Shown piece by piece: positions 55,201 through 64,000 of a stretch of DNA of 64,000 bases. A model generated the notes under the pieces. The model saw nothing but the letters and a program-made list of their open reading frames with translations, was not told where the DNA came from and searched no databases. This stretch comes from Lytechinus pictus (lineage: Eukaryota): contig NC_087256.1 in the NCBI RefSeq assembly GCF_037042905.1, positions 26,350,001-26,414,000 on the forward strand, given 5' to 3'. How positions within the stretch are numbered: position 1 is the stretch's first letter; each line of letters begins with the position of its first letter. The position numbers were made by a program, and so were the translations under genes.

Positions 55201-58200
55201 ATGTATCTTACTGTTATATGCAATCAAATGTGAAATGAAATGAATGAATTGCCCTTTCTTTCAGGTTTGGAGCATGGTTGAGCAGTGTCACGAGAAACTT
55301 CAGCAAGGCATCGTGATGGAGACGGTCCGAGAAGGAGACTTCACTCTCTCGTATCTTCTGTACTTTGAAGACCCAGGCGTAAGTTGCATGCCAATGTAAC
55401 ATTCAAGATCAGTGTGAGCGTTGGTGCTGAAAGTCGTGATAGTGATGATTGTGATTTTTGTTATTGTACGTGATGTTAAAGAGAGCATGAATGCTTGTAA
55501 GCAAGTAACCAGAGGACCGAAGGCTTATAGTCCTCTCCGAGGGACCTTTTGAAGAGGATAAATCCTGTAGCAGAGGGCACTAGTGCACCAAGTGGGAATT
55601 GAACCTGGGTCATCGGATTGCAAAACCGCCGCCCTGAGATATTACTACACTATCTACCCTACACAGGGGCCAATAAAACAGAGGGGGGGGGGGCTAAACC
55701 CCCCCCCCCCCTTTTTCTTCCAAAACTGTGTCCAAAAACATAAAAATTACCATCTGATTGTGATTTTTTGCATGTTCAGCCCCCCCCCCCACAACTTTTG
55801 GCTCAGCCCCCCACTTTCAAAATTGCTCTGGAGCCCCTGCTACATGTAGCTCCATCACTGAACATTGATTTTACAAAGTAAAACCAATTGCATGACTGGT
55901 GAGAACAGTCTGAGAAGACTCAATTCTCTGGTATCTCCTCTACTTTGAAGACCCATGCATAAGTGGCTCTTTGATAGAAGATTCAAGTTCAGTGGTAGTG
56001 CTGGTGCTATTGTTGAAAATGTTAATTACTACACTGCCTATTCTAGCTCCAACACTGAACATGGAATTAAAAATGTCACCGATTTCTTGACCAGAAGCTG
56101 AACACCAAGGCCCGCATTTTGAGCTTGAGTATAATTTAAACTCTGGTCTAAAGTTGCAGTTTAACTATGGATAGCCAATAGAAGCAGATATCTGACATTT
56201 GACACGCAAATCGGTCATAACTGACTGGGAATGATAAATGAACTAGTTTTTTACATCAATAAAACATTATGAAAGACCAACGTAAGGATTGGAAACTTAT
56301 GTGAATGCAATTTTGAATCAGTTTGGCTTCCCATAATTTTAGCACAGAGTTAGACCATGGCCGAAGTTAAATCGGACTTCGAAATACGCGCTCTAGTATC
56401 ATACTAGCAAGAATCACTTTTCAAGTTTGCACCTACAGTGTATGGCTGGGGTGAAATTGGTGCTACCATCAACACCAGTGGTCAATAATGAACTGGAAAT
56501 AGCCAATTTAATCCTTCACATATCATGTTTCATTAGAATATGGCTGAACTCATAACCAGTAGGTTATAAACATTACATAATAAACAAAGTTGAATCTAAC
56601 GAAGAGCCTGTTTCATAAATACTTTGCCATTATGGTAATCACCATGGAAACCATGTAGATGTTGCATGTATGCAGCCCACATGCATTGAATGACTTTATG
56701 AACTGGTTTATGCCACTGAAAAACTATGGGCATGATACGCATGATTTAAAAAGGTGACCTGAAACCTCCGTTTTTCGTAAAAACCTGTGCTTTATTTCAA
56801 ATATTCAAAAACTTAATGCAAATTGCAAACAAATTTTGCACATTATAAAAAGATAGAATGTATACTTTCATTTGATATAAATAATTGCTCTGGTTTCTTT
56901 CAAAGCTTGAAGTTATGAGCATCTGAAAAAAACATCCAAGCTTCGAACGTAATTATCTCAAAATCTTGTATTGGAGACCAGCCAAGATTTGTGCCTGTTC
57001 CTAAAATCACTGACATGATTTGATTGTTGCAACACCTTTTCTTCCGTCCCACAGGGTCTGCTTGTTTTTAACAGAGGGCTCCCCAAGACTACGAGGAGCC
57101 CAGTTCCTGGTATACTAGCTGGAAAATATTTCAAGTAAGCAATTTGATGGGGTGTTTATCATCTATGCTTGCATGAAAATTGTCATAATTATGATATGCC
57201 ATGAAAAGTTCCTTCTATCTTACCCCTAGTCAACATTATTTCTAACCAAAAAGTAGATGCTAAGATTCTATACCCCAAGATGGGCAATGCAGAAAGTAAC
57301 TCAGATGAATTGTTTGGATTGTAATATCTTTAAATTCTCTGCCCATCGATTAGTGTGTTAATGACTGTAAAATATAATTTATAAGCAAGATCCAGTTTTG
57401 TGTACAAAATTTTTGCAAAAAAATTATCAAACAAATTTGTGTTGTCACTGTTGTTCACTCTCAGATGCATGTCAGATTGTCATAAATTAATTTGATATTG
57501 CTTTGACATTACAATTCATATTGAATCTGTTCAGTTCTGCTTGAAATATCTGGATGAGATTTTTTTTTTTTTTTTTAATTCTCCCCTCATGACAATTTTA
57601 TTCTTAGATAAAATGCACTGCATCAATTCATTTACAAGATGAATGTCTCAGAAAGCAATGTTGTTTAAATTCACTGCCTAAACTGTGGCTATCGTTTTTG
57701 TAGGAAAGAGACGGATGGATTGCATTTTACGGTTGTTGTCATCATCTTACCATCATCTGGGTCGTAGATAGTGACAAGTTGGAAATAGATTCCCTAGACC
57801 AAATGGACAATATTCTCAAAAGAGGTTCCAATCGTACCATGTTACAAAATCATGGAAGATGCAGATTTTGTGCACATAAATTAGGCTTTCATTGCATACA
57901 CTGAGAAAATTCCAATTATAAATGCACACTTTTGGCAAAGGGCACCAAATTTGTGCATGATAATCTGAGAAATCTGCATAGTCCATGGTATAATTGAAAC
58001 CTCTTTTGAGAAAACGTGCAAATAGGTTTATTCCATGTGGTGTAAATTGTAGTCCAAGTAGACCAACTGCTTAATACCATATCAGTCAATTGCGTCTCTA
58101 ATACATTATCATCCATTATTACTTTTGTTCTCTGCAGAGAGGTAGTGGCCCATGCCTTTCCGGGATTGACTGGGGTGACCTGCTGTGAGCTGTTCTGCAT

Positions 58201-58303
58201 CCATCTTTCAGTGGTCCCCTCGCCGATGATTGCCAATCACATCCGGAGGTTAAGGATCATGCTACGCTCTGGCGATGCTATTGCTCCGGTAACCCTGCTT
58301 TGA
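31253..58303 (+). CDS. HPS1: Hermansky-Pudlak syndrome 1 protein homolog (BLOC-3 subunit); 14 coding exons, about 841 aa
   Basis: Exons 31253-31369, 32205-32354, 42466-42587, 44465-44573, 47587-47738, 48075-48291, 48861-49196, 49736-50083, 51874-52041, 52944-53050, 53396-53735, 55265-55378, 57055-57134, 58138-58303; GT-AG, phases consistent, 2526 nt. Blocks recognisable from HPS1: [79 protein letters not shown]. Confidence 0.92.
32471..32790 (+). mobile_element. tRNA-derived SINE
   Basis: Same head (GTGGTCAAGTGG...GGTTCGAATCC) and core as the 23384 copy; (ATT)n tail. Confidence 0.85.
33356..35080 (-). repeat. 3' LTR (1725 bp)
   Basis: Begins TGTTGGGACGG, ends TGTCACTACA. Direct repeat of 39448-41180. 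PPT (AGGAGGGGA on the minus strand, about 35086-35094) is adjacent. Confidence 0.95.
35345..38353 (-). CDS. pol: Retrotransposon Pol (PR-RT-RNaseH-IN), expressed by -1 frameshift from gag
   Basis: The 963-aa track ORF extends upstream without stops through [13 protein letters not shown] (protease) to the gag end. RT motifs [23 protein letters not shown]; RNase H VDAS; integrase HHCC, DDE core and KGPY. Confidence 0.95.
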   Translation of the reverse strand, partial: KRIDQRVGATNPTGQPDSRLFYINDINSRKKFLVDTGAAVSVILPTKQQRVKPSTLKLRAANGSRITTYGQQSLTLDLGVRRSCRWIFIIADVTMPILGADFLHHFQFLIDMAKPRLIDPLTNMQVSGRHTDTVSLSPVFDTPEAIDAYTKMLRDEYADITIPVYRSQDVKHNVVHHIETRGRPVTARPRRLTGDKLDIARNEFQHMLDLHVGIIRPSSSQWASPLHMVPKKTAGDWRPCGDYRALNKATVPDRYPVPHIQDFTANLNGKRIFSKIDLVRAYHQIPVAPDDICKTAICTPFGLYEFERMPFGLRNAAQSFQRFIDQVIRGLPFVYAYIDDLLVASDSELEHERHLRLLFERLREFGVVVNPNKCVFGRSELEFLGHRINRDGVSPLPDKVDAIRNCTVPTTLKQLRGFLGLVNFYRRFIPNCAHILMPLTDLLRNRKKRSKKPLDWSPACTTAFVEVKEKLVQITLLAYPNSDYPLSLMVDASDRAIGGVIQQLHDNAWEPIAFFSRKLLPAETRYSAFGRELLAIYLAIKHFRYMLEGRPFCVYTDHKLLTYALNAKPDRHSPREIRQLDFISQFTTDIRYVKGQDNVVADTLSRPDISALHTESRIDFTDIAEAQETDSELQAYLNSEVNSSMVLKKVPRLTTGGSIVCDTSHGLTRPFVPKIHRRAVFNAIHGLSHPGVRATQRAITARYVWPGINKDVCKWARECLPCQRSKTNRHVKAPQGTFSTPDARFAHVHLDLVGPLPHSNGYTYLLTCIDRFTRWPEAIPITDIRAETVAKTFVERWVAMFGAPSSVTTDRGRQFESRLFAELTKLLGTTRIRTTAYHPAANGMVERFHRQLKAALKAYEDPSRWSEQLPLTLLGIRSTIKADLSCSSAELVFGTTLRLPGQFVTAERTDVDPSDYISRLRRHMASCTLTPTRAKQGSTHIPRDLFSCSHVFVRVDSVRKPLQQPYKGPYKVLKRKDRFFTLDIDGKRDQICIDRLKVAYIR
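38296..38356 (-). promoter_or_regulatory. -1 programmed ribosomal frameshift signal (G GGA AAC plus predicted pseudoknot)
   Basis: Slippery heptamer 38356-38350 in gag frame; 5-nt spacer; stem GACCAG..GGGTT / AACCC..CTGGTC; loop GGCGAC complementary to downstream GTCGCC. Confidence 0.8.
38344..39249 (-). CDS. gag: Retrotransposon Gag with CHCC zinc knuckle
   Basis: 301-aa ORF (first ATG at MSQEDAD). [22 protein letters not shown] and [13 protein letters not shown] are typical of CsRn1-clade Gag. C-terminal [18 protein letters not shown]. Confidence 0.93.
   Translation of the reverse strand: MVVRSRSFTMSQEDADAKSTADSESILGAVALKLPPFWRNDPEVWFAQAEAQFATRNIVVESTKYSYVIATLPPEVAQDIRDVLINPPVSEPYTTLKKKIISRTTESEQRRVQMLLTEEELGDRKPSQLLRRMEQLVGDQKLESGILRQLFLQRLPPNVRLILASTSESLALSDLAALADRILEAHVPVVNTVAPVTDAGSHAITVKPAQSGDIQGANSNLVRQIADLTKLLRELATAVGQLKHDRSRSRNRSRSKTRDKRDSTPVSESPEDRGYCWYHSQYAENAHRCKAPCNWNSQGNA
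39427..39444 (-). promoter_or_regulatory. Primer binding site complementary to the tRNA-Trp 3' end
   Basis: Minus strand TGGTGATCCCGACGTGAT, 3 nt inside the 5' LTR. Matches the eukaryotic tRNA-Trp 3' end (...AUCACGUCGGGGUCACCA) with one G-T wobble. Confidence 0.85.
39448..41180 (-). repeat. 5' LTR (1733 bp)
   Basis: By eye it differs from the other LTR by a 7-bp insertion (39658-39664), one extra A in a homopolymer and one substitution. Confidence 0.95.
41661..41976. mobile_element. About 310-bp MITE family, copy 1 (others at 52226-52535, 53761-54072, 56110-56392)
   Basis: TIR GGCCCGTATTCTGAAGTCRGGTTTAA with a shared internal sequence; four copies in HPS1 introns in both orientations. Confidence 0.85.
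42800..43830 (+). mobile_element. Degenerate L2/CR1-group LINE 3' fragment interrupted by another repeat (about 43045-43680)
   Basis: Translation IQNAAARLL...[22 protein letters not shown]...HGLAPGYV, resuming as NSLP...[10 protein letters not shown]. Similar 3' remnants at about 2440-2620 (-) and 20870-21020 (+). Confidence 0.75.
45226..46496 (+). mobile_element. Internally deleted hAT transposon with an N-terminal zinc-finger remnant of the transposase
   Basis: TIR CAGGCCTGAGA / TCTCAGGCCTG, 8-bp TSD ATTCCACC. Frameshifted remnant at 45786-46032: [31 protein letters not shown]...[fs][23 protein letters not shown]. Confidence 0.85.
50842..51115. mobile_element. MITE (related copy at about 25927-26198)
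   Basis: TIR GGGCCCCGTCTTACAAAGA ... TCTTTGTAAGACGGGGCCC. Confidence 0.75.
51255..51845. mobile_element. Kolobok-like MITE
   Basis: TTAA|AGGGGAATCCAACC ... GGCTGGAGTCCCCT|TTAA. Confidence 0.8.
52226..52535. mobile_element. About 310-bp MITE family, copy 2 (inverted)
   Basis: Near reverse complement of 41661-41976. Confidence 0.85.
54253..54646. mobile_element. Kolobok-like MITE
   Basis: TTAA|AGATAAATTCCAGTTG ... CAACT..ATTTAGCT|TTAA. Confidence 0.7.
55664..55839. mobile_element. Small hAT-like MITE with 5-bp TSD
   Basis: CAGGGGC ... GCCCCTG termini, TSD CTACA. Confidence 0.65.
55880..56010 (+). pseudogene. Decayed duplicate of HPS1 exon 55265-55378 and its flanking intron
   Basis: GTATCTCCTCTACTTTGAAGACCCATGC-ATAAGT versus GTATCTTCTGTACTTTGAAGACCCAGGC-GTAAGT; donor GT changed to AT. 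Confidence 0.75.
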
Positions 58304-60220
58304 GTCCTGATGACAGTGTGAGGATCATGCGTCGGTCAAGAGATGCAGCCATTCCAGTAATCTTGCTTTGTTTAGTGGCAACATTTCAAGGATCTTGCTA
58401 CGCTCTGGCGATGCTATCGCTCTGGTAAATCTGCTTTGAGTCGTTATGACAGTGTGAGGATCGTACTTCACTCAATAGATGCAGTAATTCCAGTAATCTT
58501 GCTTTGTTCAGTGGCAACATTTTGAGGATCGTGCTATGCTCTGGCGATGTTATCGCTCCGGTAACCCTGCTTTGAGGAGTCATGAAAGTTTGAGGATCAT
58601 GCTTCACTCAAAAAATGCAGTCATTCCAGTAACCTTGCTTTGTTTAGTGGCAACATTTCAAGGATCTTGCTAAGCTTCGGTGATGATATCGCTCCGGTAA
58701 CCCTGCTTTGAGTCCTGATGAAAGTTTGAGGATTGTACTTCACTCAATAGATGCAGTCATTCCAGTAATCTTGCTTTGTTCAGTGGCAACATTTTGAGGA
58801 TCGTGCTATGCTCTGGCGATGTTATCGCTCCGGTAACCCTGCTTTGAGTCCTGATGAAAGTTTGAGGATCACGCTTCGGTCAAGAGATGCAATTTCAAGG
58901 ATCATGCTACGCTCTGGCGATGCTATCGCTCCGGTAACCCTGCTTTGAATCCTGATGACAGTTTGAGGATCGTACTTCACTCAAGAGATGCAGCCATTCC
59001 AGTAACCTTGCTTTGTTTAGTGACAACATTTCAAGGATCTTGCTACGCTCTGGCGATGCTATCGCTCTGGTAAATCTGCTTTGAGTCGTAATGACAGTGT
59101 GAGGATCGTACTTCACTCAATAGATGCAGTCATTCCAGTAATCTTGCTTTGTTCAGTGGCAACATTTTGAGGATCGTGCTATGCTCTGGCGATGCTTTCG
59201 CTCCGGTAACCCTGCTTTGAGTCCTGATGAAAGTTTGAGGATCACGCTTCAGTCAAGAGATGCAATTTCAAGGATCATGCTACGCTCTGGCGATGCTATC
59301 GCTCCGGTAACCCTGCTTTGAGTCGTGATGACAGTTTGAGGATCGTACTTCACTCAATAGATGCAGTCATTCCAGTAATCTTGCTTTGTTCAGTGGCAAC
59401 ATTTTGAGGATCGTGCTATGCTCTGGCGATGCTTTCGCTCCGGTAACCCTGCTTTGAGTCCTGATGAAAGTTTGAGGATCACGCTTCACTCAATAGATGC
59501 AGTCATTCCAGTAATCTTGCTTTGTTCAGTGGCAACATTTTGAGGATCGTGCTATGCTCTGGCGATGCTTTCGCTCCAGTAACCCTGCTTTGAGTCCTGA
59601 TGAAAGTTTGAGGATCACGCTTCACTCAATAGATGCAGTCATTCCAGTAATCTTGCTTTGTTCAGTGGCAACATTTTGAGGATCGTGCTATGCTCTGGCG
59701 ATGCTTTCGCTCCGGTAACCCTGCTTTGAGTCCTGATGAAAGTTTGAGGATCACGCTTCAGTCAAGAGATGCAATTTCAAGGATCATGCTACGCTCTGGC
59801 GATGCTATCGCTCTGGTAAATCTGCTTTGAGTCGTGATGACAGTTTGAGGATCGTAGTTCACTCAAGAGATGCAGCCATTCCAGTAACCTTGCTTTGTTT
59901 AGTGACAACATTTTTAGGGATCACGCTTTGCTCTGGTAAATCTGCTTTGAGTCATCATGGAAGTTTGAGGATCATGCTTCGGTTAAGAGATGCAAGTCAT
60001 TCCAGTAACCTTACTTTGTTTAGTGACAACATTTCAAGGATCACGCTCTGCTCTGCAAATGCTTGAGTTACCATGCCGTGAGTTGTGTGAAAAGCTAGAG
60101 GATCATGCTTTCTTCTGGAGATGTTAATGCTCCAGATATCCCTGCTCATAGTCATGAAACTGATTGGAAGATCAAAACTACGCTCTGTGCTGCTATCGCT
60201 CCTGATGCTCTGCATTTAGG
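58253..60220 (+). repeat. 68-bp minisatellite with a 136-bp A/B higher-order period, starting inside the last HPS1 exon
   Basis: AGGATC-anchored units at 58253, 58321, 58389, 58457 and onward, roughly 29 units; degenerate at the distal end. Confidence 0.95.
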
Positions 60221-60262
60221 ATCACCCTTTTCTCTTTAGGATGATATCGACCCAATCGCCCC

Positions 60263-61057
60263 TAGGGACAGTGATTTTCCGTTTCAAAAAATTGCCTTTT
60301 CCGTTTCAGAAAATCTCAAATTCCGTTTCAGCATGTCAGAAAACGGAAATTCCGTTTCCCCATAGACTTTGTACACACGGAAAAGTGACAATTCCGTTTG
60401 TAAAATCACAACACGCACACTCGCACTGGTCAAAATTTGTATCTGCTACTGTACCAACAACACAATAAAATCCGTTCTAATCGGATCTATGCGGGTGCAT
60501 AAAATATTTTTACACACCCATTTTGCATGCATACATCCTCACCTTTCATATTATTAGCATTATTTCACGGTGAAATGATATTTCATCGATAATTTTGGGG
60601 GTTTTTGGACATCGTTATCATCAGTCAACGGCTTTTCCCCAATCCGCCATCTTGGATTTTAAGACCACGATATCGTGCTGTTACATCTTCAAACGTAGAG
60701 GGCAGCAACACACGACCGTGTACATGTAGTTGAACGACGTGCATATGTGAAGCCCAACCCGGCCGGCCGGGTACGGGTACGGTGCGGGGTACAAACGAGT
60801 GTGCTGATGTCGAGTGCAGTCACAATGTGTGAATTGTCATGATAGTAGCGAAGTGAGATCGTGTTTTCTGGGGTTTTTTGGCCATTTAATATTCTCATTT
60901 TGCTGTGATTTTGGAGTAATTTCTGTTGCTATTCTGTGTATTTTGAGGGAAAATACGTTTTCCGTGATTTTCCGTTTGAAATGCCACTTTCCGTTTCAAA
61001 AGGCCCTTTCCGTGAATTCCGTCCGTTTTCCGCGATCGCGGAAAATCACTGTCCCTA
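60263..61057. mobile_element. hAT-like non-autonomous element with 6-bp TSD
   Basis: TIR TAGGGACAGTGATTTTCCG, TSD CGCCCC, repeated TTCCGT subterminal motifs. Confidence 0.85.
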
Positions 61058-63104
61058 CGCCCCTCTCTAAGCTATGACCAAGTAAGAATATTCTTGATTT
61101 TCCTATTGACCAGTTGCTTGAAAAACCAGGAAATAAGGTTAGCTCCACGGAGGAAAAACGATTATATCCATTGATTTAGAATTTGTCTTCATGGCTCTAA
61201 GGCCCTCGATAATGTAGATTGTTGTATAGTATTCTATTCATGCATATATTTATTAATCGGTTGCTAATAGACCAAGACCGCTCTTGCCAGGTGTACCCCT
61301 TCATTGATAGCTAGGCACATTGGTAGGATGAGGAACACTTCCAGCTAGCTGGGATGTTGTCATTCCAGATACCCTGCTGTGCTGTGGTTCATAAGAAAAT
61401 AAGAATATATTTTATTGCTGTTGTTATTTGAAAGTCAAAAGTACATATACACTCCTTCAAATATGATTTTAAAACAGAACTAAACTTAAACAAGCATATA
61501 ATTTAAAATCCCATCACGGTTGGATGTAAATAGGTAAGTTATGTAATTTTCATGTTTTATGTGTATACAAATGGCAAGTATTAAGTGCCAGTAATATACA
61601 GTGATACTCAATAGTTTGTGGACCCCACCAGAAAATGAATATATTTAAAGTTCTGCCATGTTTTAGATGATTGGGAAGTCTGATGATAACATATTACATT
61701 CAACAAAGTTTGTTTCTCTGGGCTTGTTGAACATCGTAGTGTTGTTGTCTGTATTCAATACTTCGCATGAAGGGGTGCATTTTGTGGTGGGGCTCACTAC
61801 TTTTGAGCAAACTGTATGCTAAAAACAGACAAGTATACTTCCTGCAATTAAATGGTAAAAAAACAAGCTTTTAGAACTGTTTCTTACCAATGACACGAGA
61901 TGAAATGAAGTTAGAGTTGAGTAAAGTTGTTATTCAGGTGTGTGTCATCCAAAACTATATTGCTTCATTGTTTTGTACTTGTTAAAGGTACATGTATGTG
62001 CAAGTGTTCTTCTCATGACGAGTGCAATTTTGATTAACTTTATTTGTACCATTGAAGTATAATCATTTGGAATAAGTTATAAATCATAATTTTACTGTAA
62101 TTGTAAATGTCATATTTACTGGGGTATTGCATATATTTTATGGTCTCACTAACCAGAGGAGGCAACCTGAGGCATCATATATTATACAAATAATGCATGC
62201 AGCCGAGTGCGTTAGTGGAAATGCAGAGCACGCGAGGTTTCTTTAGATAGGTGCCGCACTGTGCACGAGCCGCTGGCGGCGAGTGCCCAGTGTGCACCAT
62301 CTGAAGAAACTGAGCTTTCTTTGCATTTACTTTTACGCACGACAGAGCAAGTGCATTATTTGTTTTATAAAATAGCAACACAGAAAAAGTTGGATGTCAT
62401 GTGACGAGTATTGGCCAATCGCGATGCTTGAAATAATACACCTATTTTATAATATTAATTCTTGGTTGTCCATATGTTCTGTTTTTATTCTTGCTTGATT
62501 ACAAGGAACATGCCGCTCCCCACCATTGGTGGGTTCCAAAGAAATTACATTATCAACTTTTTTGTTTTTTTTATGTTTTTTACTTAGTTACCCGTAATGA
62601 AAGATATACAATATTGTATATTTGTTTGGCAATGCATATGTAACTGAAATGCAACTGTAACCAGAACAATGCTACTGTACATGTCTGTAATTTGAATATG
62701 TTTTGAATATTTTCTGTTACTTTCCAAAAGATTATATTTTTTAAAGCTGAATAATGAAGGTTTTCTTTATATACATCTCAGACTGTATAATTAAGAGTGG
62801 TCTAATTTTTGTGACTACAGTTATATATTCTTTCCTATGTTTTTATACTAACCAAAGATTTTAGATATTCTATGTATACCGCATTGCTTGCATATTGTCG
62901 GATTGTTCATTGTTGGAGGAAATTTGACACAACTCTCAAATTACAACTCGGCAAACTTGCCTGCGATTCTTTATTATTATTTGTTTTTAAAGCCAAGTTC
63001 GATTTCTGATGTAGAGATCTAATTTCGATGGGAAAAAGTTAGAAGCAATCCTGAAGTGTTTATCATAGGCCAGATTGCTTATTTTCAATAAAGTTTAATT
63101 GAAA

Positions 63105-63610
63105 TAATCAAAGGTCATCTAGGGGTCAAAATGTCAAATGGTATGAGGTCATGTCCATTCTTTATTCAAGTTTTTGTTCCACCTGCTCTCATTTCTTTAT
63201 TTCTGCATCAATTTTGATCACACTTGGTTCAAATGATTCCTGGGTAATATGACATGTGTTTTCATGGGAATGATTGGGTCAAAGGTCATCTAGGGGTCAA
63301 AAGGTCAAGTTTTTTTCAACTTCTCTCATTTCTTTATTTTTGGATAAATTTTGTGCACACTTGTACATATGATCCTTGGGTAATACCACATGTGTGTTCA
63401 TGAGGATGATGGGGTCAAAGGTCATCTAGGGATCAAAAGGTCAAATGATGAGGTTGTGTCCATCCCTTTTTCAAGTTTTGGTTCAACTTGCTTTCATTTC
63501 TTCATTCCTGTATCAATTGTGTTTTCACAACTTGGTTCAAATATTCCTTGGGTAATACCACACTTGTGTTCTTAGGATGATAAGGTCAAAGGTCATATAT
63601 GGTTCAAAAG
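63105..63610. repeat. Degenerate tandem repeat (about 140-170 bp units)
   Basis: TCAAAGGTCATCTAGGGGTCAAA and CCTTGGGTAATACCACA recur 3-4 times. Confidence 0.75.
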
Positions 63611-64000
63611 ATCGTATTGCATATTTATTGATCACGAAATCAGGCGAGACCTGTGGTTCGTAAGCCACCTTGTTTTATAGTGTGTTTGTAATTGTAGGTC
63701 TTGTTCAAGTTTGTGAACATTTTATTTTCTCCTGTTACTTGTACCAGAGTTTATCTTTAATGAAAAAAAAAAGAAATGATGTATCTTTGGGAAAAAATGT
63801 GAATGAGAGTAAACTTCCTTTGTGTTCAAACAAATTAGCGGTAGTTGTCACAAATAAGCCATGTAGTAATTAGCTTGAGAGCAACTTTTTGAAAATGACC
63901 CTTTTTTCAATTTGATAGGTGAAAGGAGATGTCATCATGAAAGCTTACTTGATATATCAATCTGTGGTATTTAACACTACTAAAGAAACCATTGCATAGA

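Noticed and set aside
58253-60220. Regular array superficially like a CRISPR locus
   Set aside because: No unique spacers, whole units repeat, no cas genes, eukaryotic context; it is a minisatellite.

Overview
AT-rich animal genomic DNA with GT-AG introns, tRNA-derived SINEs and many MITEs. The repeat landscape suggests a sea urchin or other echinoderm (inference). Three spliced genes could be rebuilt by hand with consistent exon phases. (1) A 3-exon, 162-aa single-domain TIMP/NTR protein with a signal peptide and a GPI-type tail (+, 1147-3558). (2) A 9-exon cytochrome P450, CYP26/CYP120-like, whose I-helix lacks the catalytic AGxxT motif (-, 15660-25008). (3) A 14-exon HPS1 ortholog (+, 31253-58303), head-to-head with the P450. 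An HPS1 intron holds a very young full-length CsRn1/Kabuki-clade Gypsy retrotransposon (33356-41180, minus strand) with a tRNA-Trp PBS, an ACGT TSD and a -1 frameshift signal. Non-autonomous DNA transposons are numerous (Tc1-like, Kolobok-like, and hAT-like with 5-, 6- and 8-bp TSDs). The most unusual signal is a roughly 10-fold excess of the palindrome TACATGTA, with related TA-NN-NN-TA motifs. One such insertion distinguishes the two near-identical LTRs and another sits in frame in pol, pointing to a fast, recent TA-site micro-insertion process such as transposon excision footprints. Both large genes also end in minisatellites seeded by their own stop-codon region. All counts and alignments were made by eye.
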